DNA of 51,968 nt from an uncultured Porphyromonadaceae bacterium (GTDB lineage Bacteria > Bacteroidota > Bacteroidia > Bacteroidales > Muribaculaceae), in contig CAMWRI010000001.1 of NCBI GenBank assembly GCA_947176585.1, positions 1 to 51,968 on the forward strand. The letters are read 5' to 3'. Positions within the stretch are counted from its first letter, which is position 1, and the number at the start of each line of letters is the position of its first letter. Made by a program: the position numbers and the translations under genes. This document shows positions 17,913 through 27,637 of the stretch, piece by piece. The notes beneath the pieces are model-generated. The model was not told where the DNA came from, did no database searches, and worked only from the letters and a program-made list of their open reading frames with translations.

Positions 17913-19361
17913 TTAATAATTGAGGTTGCCGAGTACTTTGGAGAGATACGTGTCGCACAGGTGCACGTCTATCAGAGCGTCTATCAGCTCCGAGTGGGCC
18001 TTGAGCCAGGCCGTCTGCGCCGCCATCACGATTTCCGTGGTGGCCACTCCCTCGCGGAAGGCCAGTGTGGCCGTGCGCAGGTTTTCGTCGGCGCTGCTCT
18101 GGTTGGTGAGCGATGTATTGTAGGTCTTCACGCTTTCCTGGGCGCGGAAGGCTGCCTGCTTCACCTGCAGGTCCACCATCTCGCGTGCGTCCTGCATCTT
18201 CAGCTCCATCACCTTCTGCTCGCTTTCGGCGGCCTTGTACTTGCTGTAGTTGCCGCCCCAGTGCCAGATGGGGATGGTGAGCATGGCGCCCACTGAGAAC
18301 GCTCCGCTGAAGCGTTTAGAGAAGCCGTCAAACATGTTGGGGTTGCTGAACGAGTACGTTCCCACCACGGCCAGATTGGGCAGCATCGAAGCAAGGGCCA
18401 CTTTCTTTTGCTGGCCGGCTATGTTTATGCCCATCTGCAGCGCGCGCAGGTCCTGGCGCGAGTCGTACACCTGCTGCATGTCGTAGCTTGTGGCGGGTGC
18501 CGTAGTATCGTTGATATCTTCAATGTCTTCATCGGCCAGCAGCATGGGCGAGTCGAGGGGCAGACCGCACAGCTGCGCCAGTGCCATGCGCGACAGCACC
18601 AGGCCGTTTTCCACTTTGGTCAGGTCCACGCGGGCTGAGTTCAGTTTCACATCCACGCTCAGCTTGTCGGCGCGTGTGGCCACGCCCTCCTTCATCATCA
18701 GCTCCACGTTGCGGTCAAGCGAGTCCAGCAGGTTCACGAAGCTCGTGGCCAGCTTGTGCTTAGCCTTGAGCGACACCACCTGCCAGTAAGCGCCGTCTAC
18801 GGCGTAGATCACATTCTCTGCCTCGCTGTTGCTCAGTGCCTCGGCCAGCTCCTTGGCATAGCCCGTGATCTTGTTCATGGCCACGATCTTGCCGCCCATG
18901 AACACAGGTTGCGTGAGCGTCACCGCACCGAAAAACACATTGTGCACGTCAAATTCCATCGCATCCTTCGGGATCAGCGCCACGGTCTCGGGCACATACT
19001 GTCCGTCCGGGCCCTTGATGGGCTCGCCTGTGGCCGGATTCGTCACCAGGTTGAAGTCGTAGCTGCCTGTCTTGGGGTTGAAAGTCTTCGTGGGCAGCAG
19101 CTGGTCTTTCGAGAAGATGGAGATGTTTTTCTGATTATAGGCATATCCGCCGGCAAAGTCGATGGCGGGAAGATAGGCCGCGAAAGCCTCGCGCTTCTGA
19201 TAATCGGCGGTGGTGATTCGCTGGCGTGCCATCTGCAGGTTCTTGTTGTTGACAAGCGCCATCGAGCGGCACGCTTCGAGCGTGAGAGGTTCCGATGCCG
19301 GCTGTGCGGCGGCCGACAGGCCCGCTGCAAGTGCGGCGATTGTGATGATGAATGCCCTCAT
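17913..19361 (-). CDS. TolC-family outer membrane efflux protein
   Basis: Signal peptide; LTLEACRSMALVNN, LTQPVFMGGKI, LTIPIWHWG. TATCTTTG promoter element at 19417-19410. Confidence 0.9.
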   Translation of the reverse strand: MRAFIITIAALAAGLSAAAQPASEPLTLEACRSMALVNNKNLQMARQRITTADYQKREAFAAYLPAIDFAGGYAYNQKNISIFSKDQLLPTKTFNPKTGSYDFNLVTNPATGEPIKGPDGQYVPETVALIPKDAMEFDVHNVFFGAVTLTQPVFMGGKIVAMNKITGYAKELAEALSNSEAENVIYAVDGAYWQVVSLKAKHKLATSFVNLLDSLDRNVELMMKEGVATRADKLSVDVKLNSARVDLTKVENGLVLSRMALAQLCGLPLDSPMLLADEDIEDINDTTAPATSYDMQQVYDSRQDLRALQMGINIAGQQKKVALASMLPNLAVVGTYSFSNPNMFDGFSKRFSGAFSVGAMLTIPIWHWGGNYSKYKAAESEQKVMELKMQDAREMVDLQVKQAAFRAQESVKTYNTSLTNQSSADENLRTATLAFREGVATTEIVMAAQTAWLKAHSELIDALIDVHLCDTYLSKVLGNLNY

Positions 19362-19531
19362 AAGGAGATTTATAGTTGAAGTGGTTGTTTTTGGTTACGT
19401 TGCGCTCTGCAAAGATAGCTGAAATGCAAGGCATTCACAACACCCGCGCAGGCTCATTCATGTTCGCTTTTGCACATTTGCTGTACATTATTTATAACAA
19501 CCCCGCTTTCAAAAGGTTTACCCCCCCCTCA

Positions 19532-19567
19532 TCCGACAAGTCGTACAAGTCCGACCTGTCTGACTCT
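19532..19567. repeat. Degenerate 9-bp tandem repeat (TCCGACnnG x4), copy 2
   Basis: tccgacaag tcgtacaag tccgacctg tctgactct. Confidence 0.6.
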
Positions 19568-19572
19568 TCAGC

Positions 19573-19605
19573 AAAAAAAGATGCACCGCCCGGGGGCGAT
19601 GCATC
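19573..19605 (-). terminator. Intrinsic terminator ending the sus/xyn10 operon
   Basis: Minus strand: GATGCATCGCCC-CC-GGGCGGTGCATC followed by T7. Confidence 0.85.
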
Positions 19606-19630
19606 CTTATATAAGAGAGTGGGGAATCTA

Positions 19631-21862
19631 TCAGTTGGCGGTGCCTTCCTGGAGGCCTTCACACCAGCCGGCATAAGCGGGCTTGCGTGCGTAGTCGCGG
19701 TCCCAGATACCGATGGGCTGGTCCTTACGCCAATCCCATTCCTGGCTGCCTGCGTCGCGGGCGGCCCACTGCACTACACCGTACTGCTGCTCCTTCGGGA
19801 TGATCTCGAAGAACTTCTTCACGATAAACTTGTAGTAGTCGCTCATCAGCTGCTTCTGCTCGAAGGTGAGGTCGGCAGTCATGATAGTGTTGCCGTTTTC
19901 GTCGGTGATGCCCATGTCGAGCTCGCTCACGTGCACGAGCTTGCCGCTGGCGGCCAGCTTGGTGAACATGTCGATCACGCACTGCTCCTGCTTGGCCTGA
20001 TATTCAGGATTCATGCTGTAGGTCACGTGCATCTGGGTGCCGATACCGTCGATGCGGGTCACGCCGTCGGCCTCCCATTCGCCGATCACGCGGATCAGGT
20101 TGTCGGTCTTGGCGGTCTTGTTGTACTCGGCCTCGAGATTGTAGTCGTTCACGAAGAGCAGCAGCTCGTCGGGGTTGCCGCCGTACTCGGCGAAGGCTTC
20201 GCGGGCAAACTTCACGGCGTCGCGTGCATAGTTGTCGCCCAGATAGTTCTGCCAGTAGAACTCGTCGTCCTTGTCGTCGCCGTGCTTCACGCCGTCGCCC
20301 AGGCCACCGTCGCCGATAGCTTCGTTCACTACGTCCCAAGCGGTAACGTAGCCGTTGCAGGCTTCCATCATGCCGTAGATCCAGCGCTTGAGCTCGCCAC
20401 GCACGATTTCTTCCTTCTCCTCGGGAGTGAGGGGCTGCATGTTGCTCTTGATCACGGTGTAGCAACCGTCAACCACGCGGGTGGGCACAAGGTCGCCGCG
20501 GCACTCCTTCGACACGTAGTTGTCCATCGGACCGTTCGGGTCGCAGGTGGCGTTGGTGATGAGTTCCACACCGTTCACCTTGAAGCTGATGTTGTCGAAG
20601 TAGTACTCGTTGCCTGGAGCATAGTCGTTCAGGTTAAGGGCGATAGAGTAGCCGCCGGCTGCTGCGTCATCGAAAGTGCCGCTTGCGCTGAAGTTGGTCC
20701 AGGTGGGGGTGAAGGGTATGTTGTCAAGAGCTTTCCAGTGCAGGTATTCACCGGGAGCCTTGTGCACCTGGGTGCCGATCGAGGCGGATTCATTGGCGCG
20801 TACGTCCATCGAGATTTCCCACTTGTCGCCGCCGTTGAAGCTTGCGCCGGGGAATACGAGCCAGAACTGGCTGTCCCATGCCTCGTTCACTTTGTCGTCA
20901 GTGATCACCTGCAGGCAGTTGTCGTCGTACCATACGGTGATTTCGCTTTCGGGAGCTTCGCTGTGGGTCAGCTTGATGCTCTTGAACTGAACAGTGCCCA
21001 CGAAGTCGCCGAACTGGGTGAGGATGTGCGAGCCACCTTCAAAAGTGGGAGTGAAGTTGAACACATAGTCCTTCCACTCATCGGTTATTTTATATCCTAC
21101 GGGACAACTTTCACCTTGGTTCCATGTACCGATATTTCCGCGCACCTCGCACTCGCCGCCCAGAGTGCGGGCGGTGATGGTCAGCTCGTAGTCACGGCCA
21201 TTCACGAGGTTAATGCCGTCGGCGATGAAGAACTGAAGATCCCAGAAGTTGGCGGCAGCCTCGGGGTTCATCACTTCAAGGCAGTTGTCGGCCTTGTTGA
21301 TAGTCGTGGTGGCGCCTTTGCCCCACTGGCCCCACATGCTGTAGCCGTCCTGTTCGCCCCAGTTGAGTTCGTAATCGGTGATTACGTTTTTCTCATTTGG
21401 GTCCACTTCAATCTCGCGGTCCTGGAGCAGGCTCAGAAGATACTTGCCCTGCTGCTGCGAGTGCCACGCAAGGGTGTGGCCGAAGATGCTGATGCCGGCA
21501 GCGCGGGCGTTTTCGATTGCGCTCAGGATAGTGCCGAAGTCCATCGTGCCGTCGTCGGCCATCACATAGTTGTGCTTCATGTGGTTGCCGAAGGTGATCT
21601 CGTCGTAGTTGGCCACGGCGAGAGCGTGCACGAGGCCGCGCTCGTTGAACTCGGCGGCATCCACGGCACCGCCCAGGCGGAACTTGGCGCCCGCGCCGGA
21701 ACGGTTCACGTAGGACTTCAGGGGGCCGTAGTCCTTCAGGTACTCATACTGAGCGCTTTCCTGGGGCTGGTCCACCTTGTAGCCGTTGGTGTCGAAGTCG
21801 TCGGAGCAGGAAACGATTGCCGCTCCCATTGCGCCGATTGCCAGTATATTAAGAAGTTTCAT
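19631..21862 (-). CDS. Surface lipoprotein GH10 endo-xylanase interrupted by two CBM4-like modules (Xyn10C type)
   Basis: Lipobox IVSC-SDD; GNHMKH and GHTLAWHSQ, then a ~340-aa insert, then WDVVNEA, LFVNDYN, IDGIGTQMH, VSELD. Confidence 0.92.
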   Translation of the reverse strand: MKLLNILAIGAMGAAIVSCSDDFDTNGYKVDQPQESAQYEYLKDYGPLKSYVNRSGAGAKFRLGGAVDAAEFNERGLVHALAVANYDEITFGNHMKHNYVMADDGTMDFGTILSAIENARAAGISIFGHTLAWHSQQQGKYLLSLLQDREIEVDPNEKNVITDYELNWGEQDGYSMWGQWGKGATTTINKADNCLEVMNPEAAANFWDLQFFIADGINLVNGRDYELTITARTLGGECEVRGNIGTWNQGESCPVGYKITDEWKDYVFNFTPTFEGGSHILTQFGDFVGTVQFKSIKLTHSEAPESEITVWYDDNCLQVITDDKVNEAWDSQFWLVFPGASFNGGDKWEISMDVRANESASIGTQVHKAPGEYLHWKALDNIPFTPTWTNFSASGTFDDAAAGGYSIALNLNDYAPGNEYYFDNISFKVNGVELITNATCDPNGPMDNYVSKECRGDLVPTRVVDGCYTVIKSNMQPLTPEEKEEIVRGELKRWIYGMMEACNGYVTAWDVVNEAIGDGGLGDGVKHGDDKDDEFYWQNYLGDNYARDAVKFAREAFAEYGGNPDELLLFVNDYNLEAEYNKTAKTDNLIRVIGEWEADGVTRIDGIGTQMHVTYSMNPEYQAKQEQCVIDMFTKLAASGKLVHVSELDMGITDENGNTIMTADLTFEQKQLMSDYYKFIVKKFFEIIPKEQQYGVVQWAARDAGSQEWDWRKDQPIGIWDRDYARKPAYAGWCEGLQEGTAN

Positions 21863-21874
21863 ATAGATCTAAGG

Positions 21875-22915
21875 TTATTTGTATTGAGGAGTGAAAAACT
21901 CTGCCGATACGTTGCGGCTCTTTACCACGAGGGTGTCGAGGGTTTCGACGCGGCGCGAGCCAAAGTCCACGCTGTAGTCGAGGTAGAGAGCGTTGCGGTC
22001 CTTGTTGCCCCAGCTGTTCTTGTCGCCCTTGGCCACGAACTTGCCGCTGCCGCTGGCTGTGTAGCCTTCGGTGGCGCTGGTGATGGTGCACTGGTCGTTG
22101 CCGTCGAAGCTCAGCACCAGGTCGCAGGTGAGGGTGGTGGGGTTGCCGGCTGCGTCGGTCACGACGGTGCTCACGGGATATACGGCCGTCTTGAGGTCGC
22201 GGGTGTGCACTGTGCGCAGCTCGTCGCCCTCGACGTTGGCGGCATGGCGTACCACGGTGGTGGTAGTGCCGTTCTCCGTCACCTTGTCTACGCCGCGGGT
22301 TGCATACTCGGCATCCCACTTGTTGATGTACTTCACGCAGTAGAGCACGAAGTCCTTGGGCTGGGTGGCCCAGGCGCTCGAATTGGTGCGGGCGGGCTGG
22401 GTGCCTTCCTCCACGGGAGTGCCGGTGAGGATGTAGTCGGCACCGCTCTGCGAGGTAATCACCAGGGGTATCACGTAGTTGTTGGCGAGTGCATCGGGAT
22501 CATTGAAGAAAGCGTCGGTGAACTCCACTTCCACGGCACCCATGTGGCTGCCGCCGTAGCTGATGCTGTTGGAGCCCAGCTTGTAGTAGCTCTCGGGCAT
22601 GGCCTTCACGGGGGTGGTGCCGTCGAAGGTCAGATTGTCGGTCAGGGTGTTGTCCGTGGCGATCTTCACGGTCACTTTGCGGCCCTTGTAGGCGCCGCCC
22701 ATAGTGGCGTAGATCTTGCACTTGTGGGCGTTGTCGTCGGAGGTATCGTAGGTGTCGTCGCCCATCACGAGGGTGCGCACGGGATACTGGTTGGCGAAGT
22801 AAACGCTTACGCCGTCCTGATAGTCGGGAAAGTCGTTTTCGGCGTTCTTGCAGGCCGAGAAACCTGTTGCAAGGGCCAGCGAAGCAAGAATGAGTGAATA
22901 TTTATTGATTTTCAT
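21875..22915 (-). CDS. PUL lipoprotein (DUF1735/DUF5627-like), probable surface glycan-binding protein
   Basis: Lipobox FSAC; VYFANQYPVRTLVMG, NYVIPLVI; lies between susD and GH10. Confidence 0.8.
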   Translation of the reverse strand: MKINKYSLILASLALATGFSACKNAENDFPDYQDGVSVYFANQYPVRTLVMGDDTYDTSDDNAHKCKIYATMGGAYKGRKVTVKIATDNTLTDNLTFDGTTPVKAMPESYYKLGSNSISYGGSHMGAVEVEFTDAFFNDPDALANNYVIPLVITSQSGADYILTGTPVEEGTQPARTNSSAWATQPKDFVLYCVKYINKWDAEYATRGVDKVTENGTTTTVVRHAANVEGDELRTVHTRDLKTAVYPVSTVVTDAAGNPTTLTCDLVLSFDGNDQCTITSATEGYTASGSGKFVAKGDKNSWGNKDRNALYLDYSVDFGSRRVETLDTLVVKSRNVSAEFFTPQYK

Positions 22916-22969
22916 GTCTTTGTTGGTAATGATGGTTGGAATTAAATAACGGAGAGAGGCATTGGTTTA

Positions 22970-24751
22970 TTACTTCCAGCCGTCGTTTTGCAAGAGGTTG
23001 CTGTACTTCACAGTCTCGCCGTAGGGGATGGGGCCGTACACCATGTAGGGGTCGTACTTGCGTGCCTCCACGTCGATGTATTCATACACGGGAGCTGCGT
23101 CGCTGCCGGTGATGCGCACGCCGCGTGCGGTCTCGGTCAGGTCGGCTTTCCAGCGGCGGAGGTCCCAGAAGCGCTTGCCCTCGAAGCAGAGTTCGATGCG
23201 GCGCTCGTTGTGGATGAGCTCGCGCATGGCGTCCTTGCTGCCGCGGCAGCTCTCGAGGTAAGCGTCAACGCCGTCGGTGCCCAGGCCTGCGCGGCTGCGG
23301 ATGGCCTTGATCACGTCGTAGGCGCTGTAGCCGTGCGAGCCGGCGCCGGTGGGGCCCCATGCCTCGTTGGCTGCTTCTGCGTAGGCGAGATAGATCTCGG
23401 TGTAGCGCAGGCGCACTGACAGGTGGTCCTTGTTGTCCTCTACGGAGGGGTCGCAGTTCATGTCACCGCGCAGCAGCTTGCGCATGTAGTAGCCGGTGCG
23501 GGTGGAGTAGCCCTGCTCCTTGTTGAGAGCGTCGTTGTTGGTGCCGTAGGTGGCGGTGGTGATAGTGGTGTTGTTGTGGCCCAGAGTGCTGCCGTTGGTC
23601 ACGATATAAGCTGCCAGACGTGGGTCACGGCCTGCGTAGGGGTTGCTCTTGTCGTAGCCGGAGGTGGCATCGGCGATGGGATAGCCGTTGGCCATAGGGA
23701 AGGCGTCCACCAGGTTCTGCGTGGGGTTCACGCGGCCTTTACCACGCACCGAGGGAGCGTAGTAGTCTTCCTCGAGGCTGCGGTCATTGGCCATGTTGGC
23801 GCGCCAGAGCACTTCGTCGGGATTAACGTAGGTCACGTTCTTGGCCACGTTGTCGCTGGTGAAGAACAGATGGCCAAGTGCTGCAACGCCTGCGGCGCCG
23901 CCCTTGGGATCAAGCACGAGAGCTGCGCGGTCGGCTGCGTCGGACCAGGTCACGCCGCTGCCATCGGCAAAGGCGGGGCTGGCGGCCATCAGGGCTGCCT
24001 GTGCGCTGATAGCGGCTGCTATGGCACCGCTCATGCGGCCGGGCATGTTGTCGCCCATCACGTCGTTGTATTCGTCGGTGGTGAGACCCAGGCTCTTGAA
24101 CTTGGCGGGGATATCGTTAGCGTTGCCCACGTTGCCGTAGAAGTCGGGCAGAAGGCGGATAGCCTCGTCGGCATCGGCGAAGATCTGCTCCATGCATGCC
24201 TTGAAGGTAGCGCGGGGCTGGTTGAAGTCGCTCTGTGCGTTTTCGGGCTCGAGCAGGTTGGGCACACCCAGGAGCTCGCCGTTCACGTAGCCGCCGTGCT
24301 GGCGCAGCAGGTGGAACATGAACAGGGCGCGCAGGCCCAGTGCTTCACCCTTCAGGCGCTGTGCGAAGAGGGCATTCTTGTGCTCGTTGTCCGAGAAGTC
24401 CACGCGGTCGAGCTTGGTGAGCAGCTCGTTGATGATCTGGATGGAGCCACGGCCGTTCTTCCAGAAGGAGAGGGTGCCGTTGTTCGACGTCCAGGAGCCG
24501 GTGGCCAGCTGCAGGTAGGAGTTGCTGTTGTCGTTGCACACAGCGTCGTCCGTGGCCATGTCGCTTTCCACGTTGCGGCTGTAGGGCAGCATGATGTAAG
24601 CGTTGTACAGCATCTGGTCGGCGTAGTTGGCGTAGCCGAGCATCTGGTCCACGTCCTTCGAGGGCTCGAAAGCGGGCTCGATCACGTCGGAGCAGGAGAT
24701 CGACATTGCTGCCAGAGCTGCTACGGTTGCTATTTTACTGATATATTTCAT
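22970..24751 (-). CDS. susD: SusD/RagB lipoprotein (second pair)
   Basis: Start MKYISK..., lipobox ISC; GEALGLRA, GRDPRL, RYTEIYLAYAEAANE, ERRIELCFEGKRFWDLRRW. Confidence 0.93.
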   Translation of the reverse strand: MKYISKIATVAALAAMSISCSDVIEPAFEPSKDVDQMLGYANYADQMLYNAYIMLPYSRNVESDMATDDAVCNDNSNSYLQLATGSWTSNNGTLSFWKNGRGSIQIINELLTKLDRVDFSDNEHKNALFAQRLKGEALGLRALFMFHLLRQHGGYVNGELLGVPNLLEPENAQSDFNQPRATFKACMEQIFADADEAIRLLPDFYGNVGNANDIPAKFKSLGLTTDEYNDVMGDNMPGRMSGAIAAAISAQAALMAASPAFADGSGVTWSDAADRAALVLDPKGGAAGVAALGHLFFTSDNVAKNVTYVNPDEVLWRANMANDRSLEEDYYAPSVRGKGRVNPTQNLVDAFPMANGYPIADATSGYDKSNPYAGRDPRLAAYIVTNGSTLGHNNTTITTATYGTNNDALNKEQGYSTRTGYYMRKLLRGDMNCDPSVEDNKDHLSVRLRYTEIYLAYAEAANEAWGPTGAGSHGYSAYDVIKAIRSRAGLGTDGVDAYLESCRGSKDAMRELIHNERRIELCFEGKRFWDLRRWKADLTETARGVRITGSDAAPVYEYIDVEARKYDPYMVYGPIPYGETVKYSNLLQNDGWK

Positions 24752-24766
24752 AGTATCGTGCATTGA

Positions 24767-27595
24767 TTAGATGGAGAGAGAGAGACCAACATTGAAGAAG
24801 CGGTATTCCGGTGCGCTGCCCACCTTGCGGTCGAGAATTTTGCGGTTCTTGCTGATGGTGAACAGGTTGCTGCCGCTCACGTAGATCTGTGCGCCGGTGA
24901 GGTGGCATTTCTTCATCAGCGATTCGGGCATGTCGTAGGTCAGCTGCAATTTGCCCAGGCGGAATGCGTCGGTGCTGTAGATCCAGTAGTCGCTGGCCAC
25001 GGTGTTGTTTGCGCCGTTCTCGGTGGTGAGGCGGGGCAGGGTGGCGGTGGCGGCGGTTTCGGGAGTCCATGCGTTGCGCATTTCAGCCGAGTACTTGGCG
25101 GTACCGGTGGCGTAGTAGTAGCTGTTGCCGGCCAGAGTGCCGTGGCCGCCCCAGTTGCCGGTGCCGAGAGCGAAGAGGGTAAAGCCCTTGAAGCTCACGC
25201 TGAAGTTGATACCCAGCATGAAGGGAGAGCCGTACCAGCCGCCCTTGGCCAGATACACGCGGTCGTTGTAGTCGATCACGCCGTCGTTGTTCTGGTCGAT
25301 GTACTTGATGTCGCCGGCCTTGGCGGGAGCGCCCAGAGGGCTCTGGTCGTGCCAGGCTGCGGCTTCTTCGTCGGTCTTGAACAGGCCTGCGCTCTGGTAG
25401 CCCCACATGCCGTCGATAGGCTTGCCTTCGGTCTTGAGGTAGTCGTAGGCCACTACTTCGTCGCGCTTGGTGGCCTTGGTGTCGTACCAGGTGCCCACAA
25501 CGCCCAGATCGAGCTTCACGTCGCCGAACTGCTTGCTGAACTCAACGCCGAAGTCGAGACCGGTGCGGCGGTTCGAGTTGTAGTTGATCCAGGGGATCAT
25601 CGACATTTCGGGATAGTAGGTGGTGAAGTAGTCGGGGAACATGGTGGGTTTCTCCACGGGCAGGCCGCTCATCTCGCTCAGGAAGAAGTCGGCGTGAGCC
25701 TTCAGCATGTTGTCGAGGAATGCGCCCTTCAGGGTTGCCGAGAATTCCTTGCGCTTGATATAGGTGAGCTCGAGGTTCTCGCCGCGCTGGGGATAGAAAG
25801 CCGAGTTGGCAGGACCGTCGGCCCATGCGAACCAGCCGCCCGTGCCGTAGGTGCCGCGCCACATGTAGTAGTTGGCAAGGTCGAGATCCTGGTGCAGGAT
25901 GGTGCCGCTGGCACTCAGCTCGAGAGCGTTCACGGTGTGGCTGCCCTTGAAGAAATCTTCATTGATGCGCCAGCCCAGGGTCAGAGAGGGCGAGAAGGCG
26001 TTGCGGTGACCGGGAGCCAGCTTCGAGGAGTGCACTTCGGCAGCCTGGAAGTCGGCATAGTAGCGGTTTGCGTAGTCATAAGCCGCACGGAAACCGAGGT
26101 TCACGTTGGTGGTGCGGTGATACTGGCCGCTGATGGTCTTCTGCCAGCCGTTCACGAGCACCATTGCCTCCACGTTGTGCACCTTGTTGAAGGTATTGCG
26201 GTAGGAGAAGTCGGCGTTCCAGGATACGGTCTGGTTGTCGGTGCTGTTGCTCACGTTCTGTATGCCGGTCTTCTCGTCGATGCCTTCCTGCGTCAGGCCC
26301 ACGATGGTGTCGTGGCCGCCGTAGGTGCTCCACTGCGGGATGAACACGGCATAGTTGTTGTCGAACGACGTGGTGTAGTTCGTGGCGTAGTCCGTGGCAA
26401 ACTGGGTGTGGAAGCTCAAGCCCTTGAGCAGACGGTCGAGGTTCATGTTCACACCTGCGTGGAACTGGAAGTTACGGTAGGTGTTCTTGCTGTAGCCGGC
26501 TGCGAGATAATCTGCGAAGATGTTCGTGGGGTCGATTGTGGTACCGCTCAGGAAGCAGTCGCCGAAGATATTGTTGCTGCCGCCCACGGTCTCGAGGGCT
26601 GCCAGGGCGTTCGGGTCGATCATGCTCAGGGGGATGAGCGGCGAGATACGGTTGGGACGGAAGCTGGAAGCCACGTTCCAGTAGTCGCCCTTGGCCTGGC
26701 GGGAGTTGTAGAAGGTGGTGTAGGTGCCGATGTAGGCCTGGATCCAGTCGGTGATATCAACGTCCACGTTGCCGCGCACGCTGAATCGGTTGTTGTTGTT
26801 GTCCTTGGCCTGGCCCACCTTCAGGATATCGTCTTCATAGAAGTACGACACGTTGGTGTAGAAGCGTGCGCGCTGGTTGCCGCCCTGGATCTGCAGGGTG
26901 GCGTCGTAGCGGTTCTTCACTTTGCCCACGTAGTCGCTGCTGTAGAAGTCGAGGTTGGAGTAGCGGTAGGGGTTAACGCCGGAAGCGTAGTTGTAGATTT
27001 CCTGGTCGCTGTACTGGGCGCCGAGGCCGTCCATGATGCGTGCCTTGTTGTAGAGGCTCATGTATTCGGCCGAGCCGAGATATTCGGGGATATCCTTGCG
27101 GGTACTCCAGCCTGCGTTGGCGTTTACGCTGATGCTAAGGGGCTTGGCCTCACCGCGCTTGGTGGTGATGAGGATGGCTCCCTTGGCGGCGCGGCTGCCG
27201 TAGAGCACCACGGCTGCGGCACTCTTCAGGAAGGTCACGTCTTTCACTTCGATAGCGAGAATGTCGCCGGCGCTGCGGGGAACGCCGTCTACCAGCACGA
27301 GGTAGCCGCCGTCGTTGTCGGAGTCGTTGGCCCAGAGAGAACCGCCGTTCCAGCCACCTACGAAGCCCGTCATGTTGTCGAGGGCACCGAGGGTGTGGTC
27401 TTTCTTCTGGTTCTGCTCAACGTTGACCACGGACACACCGCCTACAATTTTGCTGGGCGCTTCCAGGCGGAAGTCGTTCACAGCCACTGTGGCCTCGCGA
27501 ATGCTGTCCACTGCGGCATCTTCCTGCGCGAATGCGGGAAGGCTCATCGCAGCTGTTAGAAGCACTGCCAAGGCTTTGTTATGGGTCGGTATCAT
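24767..27595 (-). CDS. susC: SusC/RagA TonB-dependent transporter (second pair, short N-terminus)
   Basis: LVLVDGVPR, LKSAAAVVLYGSRAAKGAILITTKRG, GDIKYIDQNNDGVID, terminal beta strand VGLSLSI. Confidence 0.93.
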   Translation of the reverse strand: MIPTHNKALAVLLTAAMSLPAFAQEDAAVDSIREATVAVNDFRLEAPSKIVGGVSVVNVEQNQKKDHTLGALDNMTGFVGGWNGGSLWANDSDNDGGYLVLVDGVPRSAGDILAIEVKDVTFLKSAAAVVLYGSRAAKGAILITTKRGEAKPLSISVNANAGWSTRKDIPEYLGSAEYMSLYNKARIMDGLGAQYSDQEIYNYASGVNPYRYSNLDFYSSDYVGKVKNRYDATLQIQGGNQRARFYTNVSYFYEDDILKVGQAKDNNNNRFSVRGNVDVDITDWIQAYIGTYTTFYNSRQAKGDYWNVASSFRPNRISPLIPLSMIDPNALAALETVGGSNNIFGDCFLSGTTIDPTNIFADYLAAGYSKNTYRNFQFHAGVNMNLDRLLKGLSFHTQFATDYATNYTTSFDNNYAVFIPQWSTYGGHDTIVGLTQEGIDEKTGIQNVSNSTDNQTVSWNADFSYRNTFNKVHNVEAMVLVNGWQKTISGQYHRTTNVNLGFRAAYDYANRYYADFQAAEVHSSKLAPGHRNAFSPSLTLGWRINEDFFKGSHTVNALELSASGTILHQDLDLANYYMWRGTYGTGGWFAWADGPANSAFYPQRGENLELTYIKRKEFSATLKGAFLDNMLKAHADFFLSEMSGLPVEKPTMFPDYFTTYYPEMSMIPWINYNSNRRTGLDFGVEFSKQFGDVKLDLGVVGTWYDTKATKRDEVVAYDYLKTEGKPIDGMWGYQSAGLFKTDEEAAAWHDQSPLGAPAKAGDIKYIDQNNDGVIDYNDRVYLAKGGWYGSPFMLGINFSVSFKGFTLFALGTGNWGGHGTLAGNSYYYATGTAKYSAEMRNAWTPETAATATLPRLTTENGANNTVASDYWIYSTDAFRLGKLQLTYDMPESLMKKCHLTGAQIYVSGSNLFTISKNRKILDRKVGSAPEYRFFNVGLSLSI

Positions 27596-27637
27596 ATATT
27601 GAAATGAGATATTCTAATGATTATGGTTTATTTGTGA

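Noticed and set aside
14447-19567. 9-bp arrays as CRISPR remnants
   Set aside because: The units are contiguous 9-mers with no spacers, and no cas genes are present.
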